Below the pieces are notes generated by a model. The model was not told the origin of the DNA. It did not search any database and saw only the letters and a program-made list of their open reading frames with translations. From positions 13,578,001-13,642,000 of the forward strand of contig OZ004613.1 of the NCBI GenBank assembly GCA_963924565.1: a stretch of DNA of 64,000 nucleotides, given 5' to 3'. Made by a program: the position numbers and the translations under genes. This DNA is from Ascidiella aspersa (Eukaryota). Of this stretch, positions 1-12,738 are shown piece by piece (position 1 is the stretch's first letter; every line of letters starts with the position of its first letter).

Positions 1-200
1 GAATCCTACCTCAACGCATATTATTTGGGTAAGGCCAAGGGTGCGGGTTAGTGTTTGGGTTTTGAGTGGGTTATTTTAGGGAATATTATTAAATAATAAT
101 ATATAATATAACTTCACCCACCTGAACCCAATTGCTCAGTCGCACCCTAAACAAACTTATGTTAGCAATATAAACCCCAGACGAACATGTGGTAGGATTT
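1..200. mobile_element. Short palindromic MITE related to the inner arms of 28941-29536
   Basis: AATCCTACC...GGTAGGATT ends; GGGTTAGTGTTTGGGT and ACCCACCTGAACCC motifs also occur at 29090-29330. Confidence 0.5.
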
Positions 201-2344
201 TAGATCAGTGCCGCTAATGATATAATTTAGAAACTAATACACTTCAATTTGTTATTTGTTTCCATCGGTGTATCAGTAAAATGCCAGCCTAGTTTAGAAT
301 CTGTGAGAATATTATTTTTGATTTTTAAATCAATCCTTGTCCAAACAGAATTTTTGCAGCCGTAATTATCGTATGCTAATTGAAAGCGTACTTTAAGCTT
401 TAATTGGATGCGATAAAAGATAAACACCCATACGTGCACAGCAACTATGATCTAGCCGAGTGTTCATATTATTTCATATCGCCCCCTCCTATCTTGCTTT
501 ACTGATACAGTATTACATATATGCCTGTAGTACATAAATAGATAGTTGGCTTTTAATCGTTGTCTAACATTAAAAAGTACATAAAATGAAGAAATGTGTG
601 TTCTCAAACAAACCGGTGTGGTATTATGCAACTAAAATCAAGTTTATCGCTCAAAACGCAAAAAATGCGTCTATTTGGATTAGCCTAGTTGGCGAATCGT
701 TTATCTCAGACGTGTACTTACTGCAAAAAAAATAACACTATTTTCATCACCTAAAATAAATGGCGGTACCCGCAATCACGTAAAAAGTTCGCAAAAAACG
801 CTAAAATGTATATATTAGGTTTATCTTGTAGTTAAATTTGTATAAACGTTACTCATGATACAATAGCCGTGTTTCAAAGTTGAATAGAAAAAAAATACAT
901 TAACTAGATATATTTGGTAGAAAATGCATTTTGCAGAGAGTCTTAAATTCACACAACGTTAGGATGTTGACAGTAGACACCAAGAACAGGTGAAATATTA
1001 CACAGCGCCTTGATGCCGAATACACTGCCAAGCCTTAATGTAAAACATACTATAAAACTAAAAATGAACGCGCAAAGCGCAAAAAAAAATTAAAGTTGAC
1101 AAAAAATATAGTTTGACACTCACTCCGCTCACACATTTGGCACGCAGGACTGAACCACGGTGAGACAACATAAGAATTCTTAGTCACACCAACTTTTAAA
1201 ATACAGTGCAATGAATGTACGTCTATCACGCACAACTACATGATATTCAAAAGTATCTCGCGGTCTACGGTTTACTGACGACTGCTTTAAATAAACAAAC
1301 ATTTTGCCGCGTATAAAACGGTGAAAGGCAACAACAACCTTACATCAAAAAGCTAATTGTTACGTCATAGGTTAACAATGGGCGCGAAGCTACAAGTTCT
1401 CAGTATGAAAGTTGCCATTTAAACCTAAATGTTACATATTACAAGGCTGTTTGATACTATTTTCATGTGAACTGTTTATAAAACTTTGCAGAAAGTGCTT
1501 TTTCGTAACGCCTTCTTATATGCGTTCAGCACCCCCCAAATCATGAAAATACCCCAAACGCCTCCTTGTAACTCGCCAACGCCCACAAGGGGCGGTGCCG
1601 CGCACATTGGGAACCTCTGATCTAGCCCTTCCGAATCGCATTTTCACTAATGATAACGGCTTACGTATCGTTGTACACCGGAAGTCGAATGACATCGCAG
1701 ACTATCCAAGTTTTTGCAAGCAAGGCAGGCTAGAAAAACAATAGCTATCAGTGAGGATCGAATTCATGACGTTCTGTCATACCTGGACCGTCGCTATAAG
1801 CATTAAGCTACACACAGGTTCAGAGAGGAGCGAGTTGAGAAATAACCAATCGCCAATGCTTGCTACATTCTGTTAGTATAAGCAGGCGAAGAGGATCTAC
1901 AGGAGAACCTTATCATTCAATAAAAGACACGCACACGTACATGTACAACAACTGTAATCGAGTGCTAGCTCTTCCGGTAGCGAGACAGGCTCTGCAGTGA
2001 GGTTCGAAAAGTCACTGTAGTGAGGTTCGATCTTATACGACCCGGCCTCTAGAAATAATTAGACGCGACGCTTTAATTTTTGTAGTGATTTGAAGGTCAA
2101 ACAAATGTTTCGTTCGTTGCTTTTGAATGCGATTTGTTAATTACGTTAGATTAGCACAAATTCGATGCTAAAAAATAAAGTCAAATATTGTCAGATTTTT
2201 GAAAGAATTAGCTCATATTTTTTTGATTTTTCGGGTTATAAACAACTTGCCCTAGTTATTTTTAACAAGTATATGGCAGTAAAATTTTTTTAAGAAAAAT
2301 AGTACTGAAATCCCGTTTCCCGTTTGGCGCTGTTTTAGACAAAT

Positions 2345-5300
2345 ATGACGCTTACGGCAACTGTTGTCGTTTATACTCTTGCATTTTGCTTTGTCTATCT
2401 GCTGACGAGATGGTACCGCCGCCCAAAGAATGCCCCACCCGGTCCGAGGGGAATTCCCTTTATCGGAATGGGGCCTTTCTTTGGCACCCATCCCGCCTCG
2501 ATGATGGCCCGATGCGCCGCAACTTACGGCAACGTAATGTCGCTTGGAATGGGAGCAAAAGACTTTCTGGTACTTGGTGACTTGGAGTCGATAACTGAGG
2601 TAACAATAAAACTCAAAACAGGAATTTGTCTCTATTTTTTTAGTAGTTTTATGTGCTTTGAGCTGTAGATCATTCTTGCTGACTCGTCTTGCAAAAAATG
2701 ACGTTATAGTTTACATAACATGAAATCTGCAATATTTGTAAACTATATAGATCAAGTGTGCTACTTGAAATAGACTTGTTAGAAGCGTGTTATTTAAGTG
2801 TGTCAGCGCTGTTAAAAAAAAAAAAAAAAAAAAATTGGAATCTAAAACCCTTTGGTTATGAACATACTAAATCTAAATCGAATATTACGATACTGGCTCC
2901 GTTCGTTTTGCAGGCGTTTGTTAGACAGTCGGAAAACTTTGCCGGAAGGCCGCTGTCTAAGTTCTTCGAGGAACTAACCGGTGGGTACGGAATAGTGTTC
3001 CGCGATATCAGTCCGCAATGGAAAATTCAGAAGAGGTTCGGCTTGCAAGCTTTACATCGGTAAACATACTGTGTTACGCTTATATATGGGTCCTAGTTGA
3101 TTGCGCAATTCACGCCGCAGAGTTGGCGGTGGTCTATCATGTCATGGGTTTTCGTCTTTTTGACGCATTAACGTGACAGCCTCGGAAATATAAGTGAGAA
3201 ATAAGGTGAAAGGTTTCACCAAGATGTCAACCTAATGTAAGAGAGATATCAAGGTTGAATGGATACTCACGTGATGACAGATTACTGCTGGTACCTAATG
3301 CGAAGCTGTCCACAACAATACCATTTCGTCTTTTTTCACAAATTGTCGTCCTTTCTTGTCTTCTTTAGGCTTAGGCATATTTGGTTTGTTATTACCAAAT
3401 TACTGCTACCGGTATTTATTTGTCACTTCAAGCAATGTTTAATGTAATAAGCTTAGTCTCACAAATTGCAATATGGTAGGAGAATCTGATGAAAATCCCA
3501 TTAAATGGGGGCATTTTGTTATGTTGAATGTATGGAAAAGAACAGATTTATGCAGCACTTCTTCATTTAGCTAATCTCATTGTGTCTTTACCTTTTGCTC
3601 ATTCTTGTGGTTTTAGCGCAGATAGGCCTATCACAACATTTAATATAGGCTGTTCTCTGAGACATAATGCAACCTCTCTTCAAATTTAAAACGTAAATCA
3701 AAATTATCTAAATTCGCCGATATCTTAAAAACTATAGCCAATTTGCAAAATCTAATGGCATTTTCCAGCTCAGCGCCCCTGTATACTCTGAAACCGTTCT
3801 TACCTTCCATGCCAAATTTTTTTTGTTGGCCAGTGACTATCGTGAACACTTATACCACTGTAGGCCATGGCTGTTTGTCACACAATGTAGCAAATAGTCG
3901 TTGAAAACAGTGGTGCGTAAGTCAACATCATTGCTCCAGAAAAGATTTTTAAGGGATCAGTCAAGGTCCATTTGTTATGTGTTTTTTTTACTTATGTTTT
4001 CCGCCTACTTGTAAACCTGCAATGTGATATTGTAATAATAATTTATTTGAAGGTGTACAGCAAAGGCTGTCAAACTGTGCGTCGCGACGCCCTGATGCAT
4101 AAGTATAATCTTCTAAAGCAGTGTTTCTCAACCTTTTTCACCCTAGCGAGTCGACTGCTAACTTTGTTTGGATATTTTGTTTTTTACTGGCAGTTTTTAT
4201 TACACCAGGCTCCTAATTTTATTATCTATAAAGAAGCCTGCGGAGTCGGGTTAATTTTAACCGCCTCCCGAGTCTCCGGCTGCCACGAGACGGGGATGCG
4301 AACATTTTATGTACAATGTGCGCCCAAATGTGCACGACAAAATGTGCAAAAAATGTGCGCACATTTTAAACTGCCTTCAAAAATGTGCGCACTTTTGTTT
4401 AACAATGTGCGCACATTTAGAACTGTCTTCAAAAATGTGCGCACTTTTTTAACAATGTGCGCACATTTTGAACTGCCTTCAAAAATATGCGCACCTTTTT
4501 TCACAATGTGCGCACATTTTGAACTGTATTGAAAAATGTGCGCACTTTTTTCAACAATGTGCGCACATTTAAAACTGCCTTCAAAAATGTGCGCACTTTT
4601 TTAACAATGTGCGCACATTTTGAACTGCCTTCAAAAATATGCGCACCTTTTTTCACAATGTGCGCACATTTAAAACTGCCTTCAAAAATGTGCGCATTTT
4701 TTTCACAATGTGCGCACATTTAAAACTGCCTTCAAAAATATGCGCACCTTTTTTCACAATGTGCGCACATTTTGAACTGTATTGAAAAATGTGCGCACTT
4801 TTTTCAACAATGTGCGCACATTTAAAACTGCCTTCAAAAATGTGCGCACTTTTTTAACAATGTGTGTGCGCACATTTTTGAACTGCCTTCAAAAATATGC
4901 GCACCTTTTTTCACAATGTGCGCACATTTAAAACTGCCTTCAAAAATGTGCGCACTTTTTTAACAATGTGCGCACATTTTGAACTGCCTTCAAAAATGTG
5001 CGCACTTTTTTAACAATGTGCGCACATTTTGAACTGCTTTCAAAAATGTGCGCAATTTTTTTAACAATGTGCGCACATTTTAAACTGCCTTCAAAACGGT
5101 CGCACCGGTTGAGAAACGCTGTTCTAAAGGCTTAGCACAAAGATTTCGCAGCGAAACTAAACTGCATTATTGAAATCCTTTCAGATATTATCATTACCTG
5201 CATGACGTATGCATTGAAATTCGGAACTCATTATCACTAAACTCTGACAGTTGATATTTATGATTTAACAATCACATTTTTCAACGATTCACCTCCTAAT

Positions 5301-8300
5301 GCGACAAATAAGGCAGGGAAAAGTCAGTTACACCGTATCATTGCCAACTTATGTTATATAGGAACTGGTAAAATATTGATAAAAAAATAATGTATAACGT
5401 ATAAGTCGTATTGACTTTTATAACATTTTATGGTTTACTTTTTTCTTAAAAAATGCGAAAAACCCTCCTATATATTGTGTTTGCATGGTGGTACAGACCA
5501 GAAGCAGCATCGTGCTTAGTTTGCTTAGACGTTGATATGGATTAATACAATGTATAACTACGTCACGTCACGCTGCTGTACAAGACAAAACGTCACACCT
5601 AATATGTTATGTAAATTCTTGCGTTGTATTGGAATGTGTAGTTACGGTTTGTGTGTTTGTTGTACACAAATACGTTAATAACAATTATAAAATTGCCTCT
5701 TACCAACATAAAAGTTTGAACACCACTGGTATACAGGTATTGGGTACCTTACTGTGTTTTTTAGGTTGGGAATGGGAAAGCATCTGATGGAAGACAAAAT
5801 CAACGCTGAACTGAACGTTTTGCTTGAAAAGATAGCGATGCTTAAAGGGGAGCCGTTTGATGTTGTTGTAAGCAATTTCGTCTTAGGCCTTACTTTATCC
5901 TGTCCTTAACTGAGCCTTGTAATATATTTGTAGTCTTACCTAACGCAGTATGCGGCCAAGGTTGCCGCCAATGTACTGATGGAAAAGCAGTACGAGTACG
6001 GCGACAATCGCCTTCAAGCAATTATCGACAACATGTAAGAACAACTCAAAGCTATACCCTAATATAGTAGTAGCGTACCGATTTAAAAAAAATAACATAC
6101 AGAAAAACAAACTTTTAATTTTGTATTTTGATTTTTAAAATTTTCTCGTTATTCCTATTTCCGTTTTTTTCGAAATTGGCGATTTTAGATGTAATGTTAA
6201 AAGTCATGATTAAACGATTCCCAGTAGAACTGAAACCTTAGCAAATTGTATAGTAAGATAACTTAACTTTGTTGTAGTCCAAAGAAAACACCAATCTTCT
6301 TTATGCCCTGGCTTCGTCATATTCCGCCCTTTAAAGCAGTGTTTAAGAAAGACCTTCAGAATCAAAGAAAGGTGATAGGTAAGACGACAAGCTTCCATAA
6401 TGTTTTCTCTATATACTTTTACCATGCTGTATTTGCTATAGTAATCACTCAAATGTGACGTTCTTTCTTTAAAATTGGAAAAAGTTTTAAAGCAAACATG
6501 CACTATCTATACCGATGCAAGTGTAACATAACCTGTAAACATCAATTAACAATTTACCATATTGCGTTTTAACGACGATTTTGGTTTGAGAAACCATAAA
6601 GGACTTGGTTGGTGAACACGAGACGAACTACGACCCCGAAAATCATCGCGATTTTATCGACGAATATCTCAACGAGTTGCTTAAAGTCAATAGAGACGAA
6701 TCGTTCGAGGTAACTATATTCTGCGGGACTGCTGCAGTAAACGATTAATTTACTGACCTAATGCGTTGCAATTAAATGCAATATTTAATGCTTAAGATTG
6801 CCGGAACTTTGATTTCGACCAGTCGTTAAAATAGAAACAAAAGACAACGGATTTTTTTAACAAACCGTAAACGGTTGCTGTCTATTAGTGTTTACCTATA
6901 GCCAAGTGTTTGCAGCCAGCTATTTTTCTATTAGTTAATTTTTAATCAAATAAACAAAATTAAATTTAATTTAATTTTACCCTTTTTGCCGCAGTACGCC
7001 CAGTGCTATCAATACGTTGTTGACCTTCTGGTGGGAAGCATTGATTCGACAAAGGCGTCGATTTCGTGGGGAATAATTTGCCTTATTCACTTTCCTGAAT
7101 ACCAAGTCAAGTTGCAAGAAGAGCTGGACAGTGTCTTGGGTGGGTATTGACTTTGACTATGCCGATAATACAGTGCTAAAACTATTGTGTAAAAGCATTC
7201 CTTAACAAAATTTAAAAAAAATATTCCTGCCTTAAGCCAGATTATTATAATTACCATCGTGTATTCCGTCTTTACTATGGCAATTAATTTATAGCCTATT
7301 TCTGCATAGTTTCTAGTATTTAGGTTTTAAATACGGAGCTTATTAAAGATGGGGTATATGCTATAATATATAGCAGCTATATTATAAAAGTTATTCTCAA
7401 TAATAGGCTCACCTTTCAGTCCATAAAGGACATTGTAATAAAAGCTTTTTTCTGTTGAAAGTGGAAGAAAAATTTCTAATTTCGCTTAGCTGTTTTTGTG
7501 AAGTTGTAGCAACGATACAAATATACACTAAGTCTGGGTGAACAAATTCTGTGTTTAAATTAGCTTCATAAGCCACCACCATGGGCTTGCTTGCTGGTAA
7601 CTTTATAATCGCTCCCTTTTAGATCCTGATGAAGAGCCGTCTCTTAGTAAACTGCAGGACTTACCTTTTCTCCACTCCTTTATAACCGAGGTTTCACGAT
7701 GGAAGACCGTCGCACCTATTGCTGTCCCGCATGTCACGAAATGCAACGTGCGCTTACAAGGATACGACATTTCGGCCAACACCATGGTAATTATAATCTC
7801 CGCTTGGGTCGTGTGAATGTCCGGTCCTTTGCAATTTATTTAGATACCGATAGCCGGTCTTTTGTGCAAAACAAAGATGTCAAATAATAATGTGACTAAC
7901 GTGAGCAAGGTTTTTACAATTGTTGAGCATAAAGCGTGCAAAGATAATAGGTTTTAGGTTGTTGTGCAACATTTTCTATACAGTTGAGGAATTGAGTTGC
8001 CTTCAATTGTAAATGCATACGAATAGTTTATTTTCCTAAATTACAAAAAAATATCGCTTCACATTCTCTCACGGCACACTAGTGTTCCAAGTGACGACAG
8101 TTTGACAATTACTGCACTAAAATAACGTACGAAGAAGACTCTGATCAAACAATATATAATTTTGTAAATTTCTTTCAAAAAGTGTGTTTGATATTTCGAG
8201 AAAACCCATTCGAGGGTGTAAAAGTGTGCATTTCATGCTATCAGTATATCACTATGGCATATATTGAAACACAGTAGGTTTTGTTTTAAAGTTTGCAAAT

Positions 8301-11300
8301 TATTCGATTACTTAAAAAACAGTGCTTCTCTTCATTTTTTTTTTTCATCTTTAGTATTACTTTTACAGTAAACATAATTAAGGTAAGTTGTGGTCGCAAC
8401 AAAGTAACATTTTCGCTGTTGTTAAACCTTGGTGAAAATAAACCTACATACACGCAAAATAGCAGTTTTAGTACAAGTTTTAGGTAGTTTGATAGGCCCA
8501 CTGGATGAAAAGCGGTAAACTACCAAAATAAAACCAAAAATGTTCTGCAGTTGCCGGCTTGCCCCCCTGAAATTTTTTTTAACCTCAAGTGCCTTGTTAT
8601 GCTACAATGTCTTCTTTCAAAATAATACTCGTAGAACCGCATGGTGTTACGTTTACGATAAGCAAGAAGTTTGTGTATGATAAAAAAATTAAGTACTGCA
8701 CGTTAAAAGATCCAGTTATAATAAAGGGTCGTAATTTAAATAAGAAGTGCAACACTGTGTGCTATTTTATTAAGTTTACCTTTTAACGTTGACAAGGATT
8801 TCCTGATTTTCAGTGATTGAAACGGTCGTTTGTAGGATAGGCCTGTGTTTGAATGCATGTTGTTGTAACAGTGATAAGAGCTATGAGCCTGTGACATGTT
8901 TTTAGGGGGGAAAAAGTACTGACTATCAGTTGACTTTAACGTAGGATGGGAAATGGCAAAAAAATAACCTAGATCTTTCGCGTATTGTAAAATAGGAAAT
9001 AGGCTTGAACTAGAGAGAGCAAAACGAACTATGTGTTTAGCGGGTCGCTGTTTGGTGACGACTGATCTAAAGTTTAAACGAAGTACAAGTGGTCATCAAA
9101 TTATGGCCCGTGCGTATTACTTTTAAAGATAAAATACTTTGAAGTCAGGGGCGGATCTAGGTGGGGGCGATATGGCCATGCCCCCCCCCCCCCCCCCAAA
9201 CTAAAAATATGTACATTTTTTTTACTTAATAGGCAGCTTATTTTCGCGGTTCCCTAGGTAGTATGGTCTATTTTCGCAAAAATAAGACATATTTTCAAGC
9301 TTTGTAGTGGTGTACGAGCTTATGGCGCCATATAATGAATATTTCAAAAAAATGGTAAAATTCGTTTCGCGCACTCGCGCAAAGCGGCGTTTTTCAGATT
9401 TGCAGAGACGGCTGAAGTGACCGTACGCTTAATGCAAATCTGTATCAGAACCATCCTGCCAATATACTTCATCCGGTCCGCCGCCTCTTTGACAAATTAG
9501 ACACGAGTCCATTTTAAATACTTTTTGACTATTTTAAGTGTGTAAATGCAAAAAATTTTCGCGCTTCGCGCTAATGATCTTTGTTACATCCAGTGTGTTT
9601 ACGTTTTGATGCTCTTTTTGAACTAGATCAGCGCTTCTTTACTGTTGCGCCGTGGAAAGCTGCCAAGTGCGTCGCGGACAAACGAAAAACGTATTCAAAC
9701 ATAATCGACAAATATTTTTTAACCATTTTTTTCTTAAAAGTAACAAAAACAAGAAATTTAAAAGAAATACCGGTATACCAAAAAAATCGCGCTCGTTTCG
9801 CCCGCCAGGTGTGCCCCAAATGGCTAACAAACACTAAAATAGATTAACTATAAAATTTATCTCGTTTTCTCAAAGTAGTTTTATTACACTTTTTGAATAG
9901 TAGTAGGGGGATGGCGACGTGTGGACTCGAATTTTAAACCAAGTATACGCTTTTTTAGCGAATTTGCGCCAAGACTTTACTGCCTCCTTAAAAGTAATTA
10001 TAAATACGTTTTTAAAGTGCAAAAAAATCCGAGGCCCACCTGTTTCACAATTGTTATAAAGTTGTAATAAAACAAAATCTCATTTAACATATGTTGTGCG
10101 GCCCGCAGAGACCTTTCTGAGTTTGGTTTTAGCTTGCGACTACTGCACAAAGGTTGCCGACCCTTGTGTAAGGATTTGAATAACCTATCCAATGTTAGGA
10201 TTAACTCTGCATAGAGTTTTGCCCATTTCAGCAACCTTATTTGGCAAAAACCAACTACAGTAACTTAAAAATTGAGAGAAGTGTCATGAAAGAACCACAA
10301 CTGACCGCAGCAGACAACGCTATGGTTTTATTGCGACGTGGCCTCGGCGCTTTTTCGGTGGCATGTGCGGTTGCTCTCGCCTTTTCGGGAAAAAGCAAGA
10401 TGTGTAGACAATAGTCATGGTAGCGTCTTTCAGCGATATTCTTCATACCGGGTCAAACTATGAAACCGGCCCACTGTAGAGGCTAACCTTATTACTTTTT
10501 CGTGCTTTCAAAAGGTCTGTTTTTCGCGTTATTTTGCAGGAGTTAGTTTATTCGGCCAGCCGATGTTACTTTTACCTGAATTATGACGTCACGCAATGGT
10601 ATACTTTTGTGACGTCATATCTGACAAAAATTGTGACGTCATATCTGAAAAATTTCATGGCCCTCCCCAAACTGAAATCCTAGATCCACGCCTGCTTGAA
10701 GTATTGTCGGGCGCTATTCCAGACTAAATTTAACTGAAAATTAAACTGAGAATTTCACCAAGTTCACTTCAGTTTTTATTAAATAGTTATTGATATTTTC
10801 TTCGTTTAACACTAATCCAGCCCGCGATTATTTGGCCGAACAGCTATCCGGTCTATTGTTAAAAAAGTTTTGTGATCCTTGGATAAAACAGTGAACTAGA
10901 AAACAGCAAAGACAACTCATAGCGGAAAAGCAACCTTCATAATGCATCTAAATTGCATTTTGTACTATTTTGGCTCTAAAACTAGGCTATATCTTGACGA
11001 ATTTAAAATGTGTAGTTTGACAAGATTTTGCGTTTTTTGCCAATAAACAAATAGTGACCCTGCTGGTAATAACACATTATTTACAAATAGGTAGACACAT
11101 TGTAACCGTGTTCAATGTTTTAAGGTGATGGCCAATATTTGGCAAGTGCACCACGACGAACGCTTCTGGTCTAATCCGGACCAGTTCAGGCCTGAGAGAC
11201 ACTTGGACGAAAACGGAAAATTCGTGAAGAGTCGTCACATCATTCCATTTTCACTGGGACAACGTCGATGCGCTGGGGAACCAATGGCCAAAGCGCAGCT

Positions 11301-11439
11301 CTTTCTTTTTTACGTGAAATTTTTGAGGTGTTTCACATTCGAATGCGATCCATCTTGGGGCTTTCCCTCGTTCGATACTGACAAAGTGTCATTATTTCAG
11401 ACTCCGAAAAAATTCCAGGCGATAGCCAACGCTCGTTGA
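2345..11439 (+). CDS. Cytochrome P450, CYP2 clan (CYP2J/2U-like), 9 coding exons, 482 aa
   Basis: Exons 2345-2599, 2914-3059, 5765-5867, 5934-6034, 6278-6378, 6591-6709, 6995-7139, 7623-7786, 11125-11439, all GT-AG with consistent phases. Motifs: N-terminal TM anchor, PPGPRGIPFIG hinge, FAGRP, C-helix WKIQKRF, RDFID, I-helix DLLVGSIDST, K-helix EVSR, PERH, heme-binding FSLGQRRCAG. Confidence 0.95.
4119..5121. mobile_element. Non-autonomous hAT (Charlie-like) DNA transposon carrying an internal satellite
   Basis: TIRs CAGTGTTTCTCAACC / GGTTGAGAAACGCTG; perfect 8-bp TSD TTCTAAAG (4111-4118, 5122-5129); lies in CYP intron 2. Confidence 0.9.
4310..5097. repeat. Tandem satellite: about 21-bp half-units / 42-bp units built on the palindrome AATGTGCGCACATT
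   Basis: Repeated AATGTGCGCACATTTT(G/A)AACTGCCTTCAAAAATGTGCGCACTTTTTTAAC; the variant GAACTGTATTG recurs at 4521 and 4774. Confidence 0.95.
9146..10694. mobile_element. Non-autonomous hAT-like element (about 1.55 kb) in CYP intron 8
   Basis: TIRs CAGGGGCGGATCTAGG / CCTAGATCCACGCCTG; TSD TTTGAAGT / CTTGAAGT; subterminal poly-C; no transposase ORF. Confidence 0.85.
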
Positions 11440-12738
11440 TGTAATGTTTGTTTTTTGGGCGCCCTGTTTTGCCTCCTACGACGATGGTTTGTTTCACTAT
11501 TTTACACACCCTTTGTTACAATGTTTTATATGGAACCGAAAGAATTACTTTATCTTTATAGTATGTGACTTTGCTACATAATGTGAGGCTCTTTCGTGTT
11601 TTTTATGTGTAAAATACAAACAGCACTTAAACATCTTAAATTGTTTCTTTTCCGATTCTAAATCTAGATATTTTTTCTTGCATTTATTATACTTGAAAAA
11701 GTCAAATTATATTTAGGTACCGGTAGTAACAATAATATTGTCAACGTGATAGTAGATAAACAAAACATGCAAAAGTGTCTTTCTTTATAATTTATAAATC
11801 TTTGGTTTTGATCGTCTGCTAGTATTTCATGCCGATAATCATCTTCCATTTTCCACAAATTAGGTTGGTGCAACCAATCCCGTTTCGCTGTCATCTCAAA
11901 GAATTCGGTGTAAAGTAGACCATAACAATACAAAATAGATGATATGCCGTTCACAAGTTTAGAACTAGTTGGGCTTGAAAAAAGGGTTACGCATTTATAA
12001 GCATAGATTTAGCGCCTCACATCGGCGAAAAAACATGGCGATTAGCCTGTAAAAAAATTACAAAAAAGGTAAAAAATAGAGCCAAATGAGTATTTAGTGC
12101 CTCAAATGCCTGCAATATTTCATTTATTGCCTCAAATGCCTGCAGTATTGTTTATGAGTGGCGTTTTGAAAATAACAGAGCATGCTTCAGCAGTTATAAA
12201 CTGTTACTTAATTTTTGTCTTTCGACAATTTATTACATGTTTGGAGGGTAAATTCGTCAAGGCTACCGCAGTGTTGGACACAGTGAAACAAAAGCGAAAT
12301 CAATAGAAGTGCTTTGGCGTAGAAAGACGATTGGTGCTCATTTTGTCAATGTGTGGATCACCGTGACATATCCTGTAAAAAAAACGGGTTTCCTGTTTCG
12401 TGAACATGCTTTAAGTTCCACCTGGCGTTTAAGCAAATTCAAACGGATACACACATTTGTAGAAGGGCTGACATTTACCATGAATTATACTCGTTATTGC
12501 ACTCCTTACATTTTATATGGTAAGTATATAGAAAAACAAAGGCTTTTAATTCCCACTGAAATGGTTGGATACGCCATGCTAACCATATATATTGTTTCAG
12601 TTACAGTTTAGTAGCTTTAGCTTCTGCTGAATCATCATGCAGATTTTTACACTGGTCATCCTCGGAATTTTACCTCTGCTGCTTGATAATAAATTGCAAA
12701 GCCAAAAAGGTCGATCTACTTGGCTTTGCAGTTCAGTA

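Larger units (their letters stand above)
4061..5728. mobile_element. Older hAT-like element into which 4119-5121 inserted
   Basis: Degenerate TIRs CAAAGGCTGTCAAACT / AGTTTGAACACCACTG; TSD GTGTACAG / GTATACAG (7 of 8 match). Confidence 0.55.

Noticed and set aside
450-1627. hAT-like element bounded by ATCTAGCC repeats
   Set aside because: The right TIR (TTGGGAACCTCTG) is visible but the left TIR is too degenerate to support boundaries.
4310-5097. CRISPR-like array of palindromic repeats and MCAHF/KNVRTF ORFs
   Set aside because: No unique spacers, no cas genes, eukaryotic intron context; it is a tandem satellite within a MITE and the ORFs are repeat artefacts.
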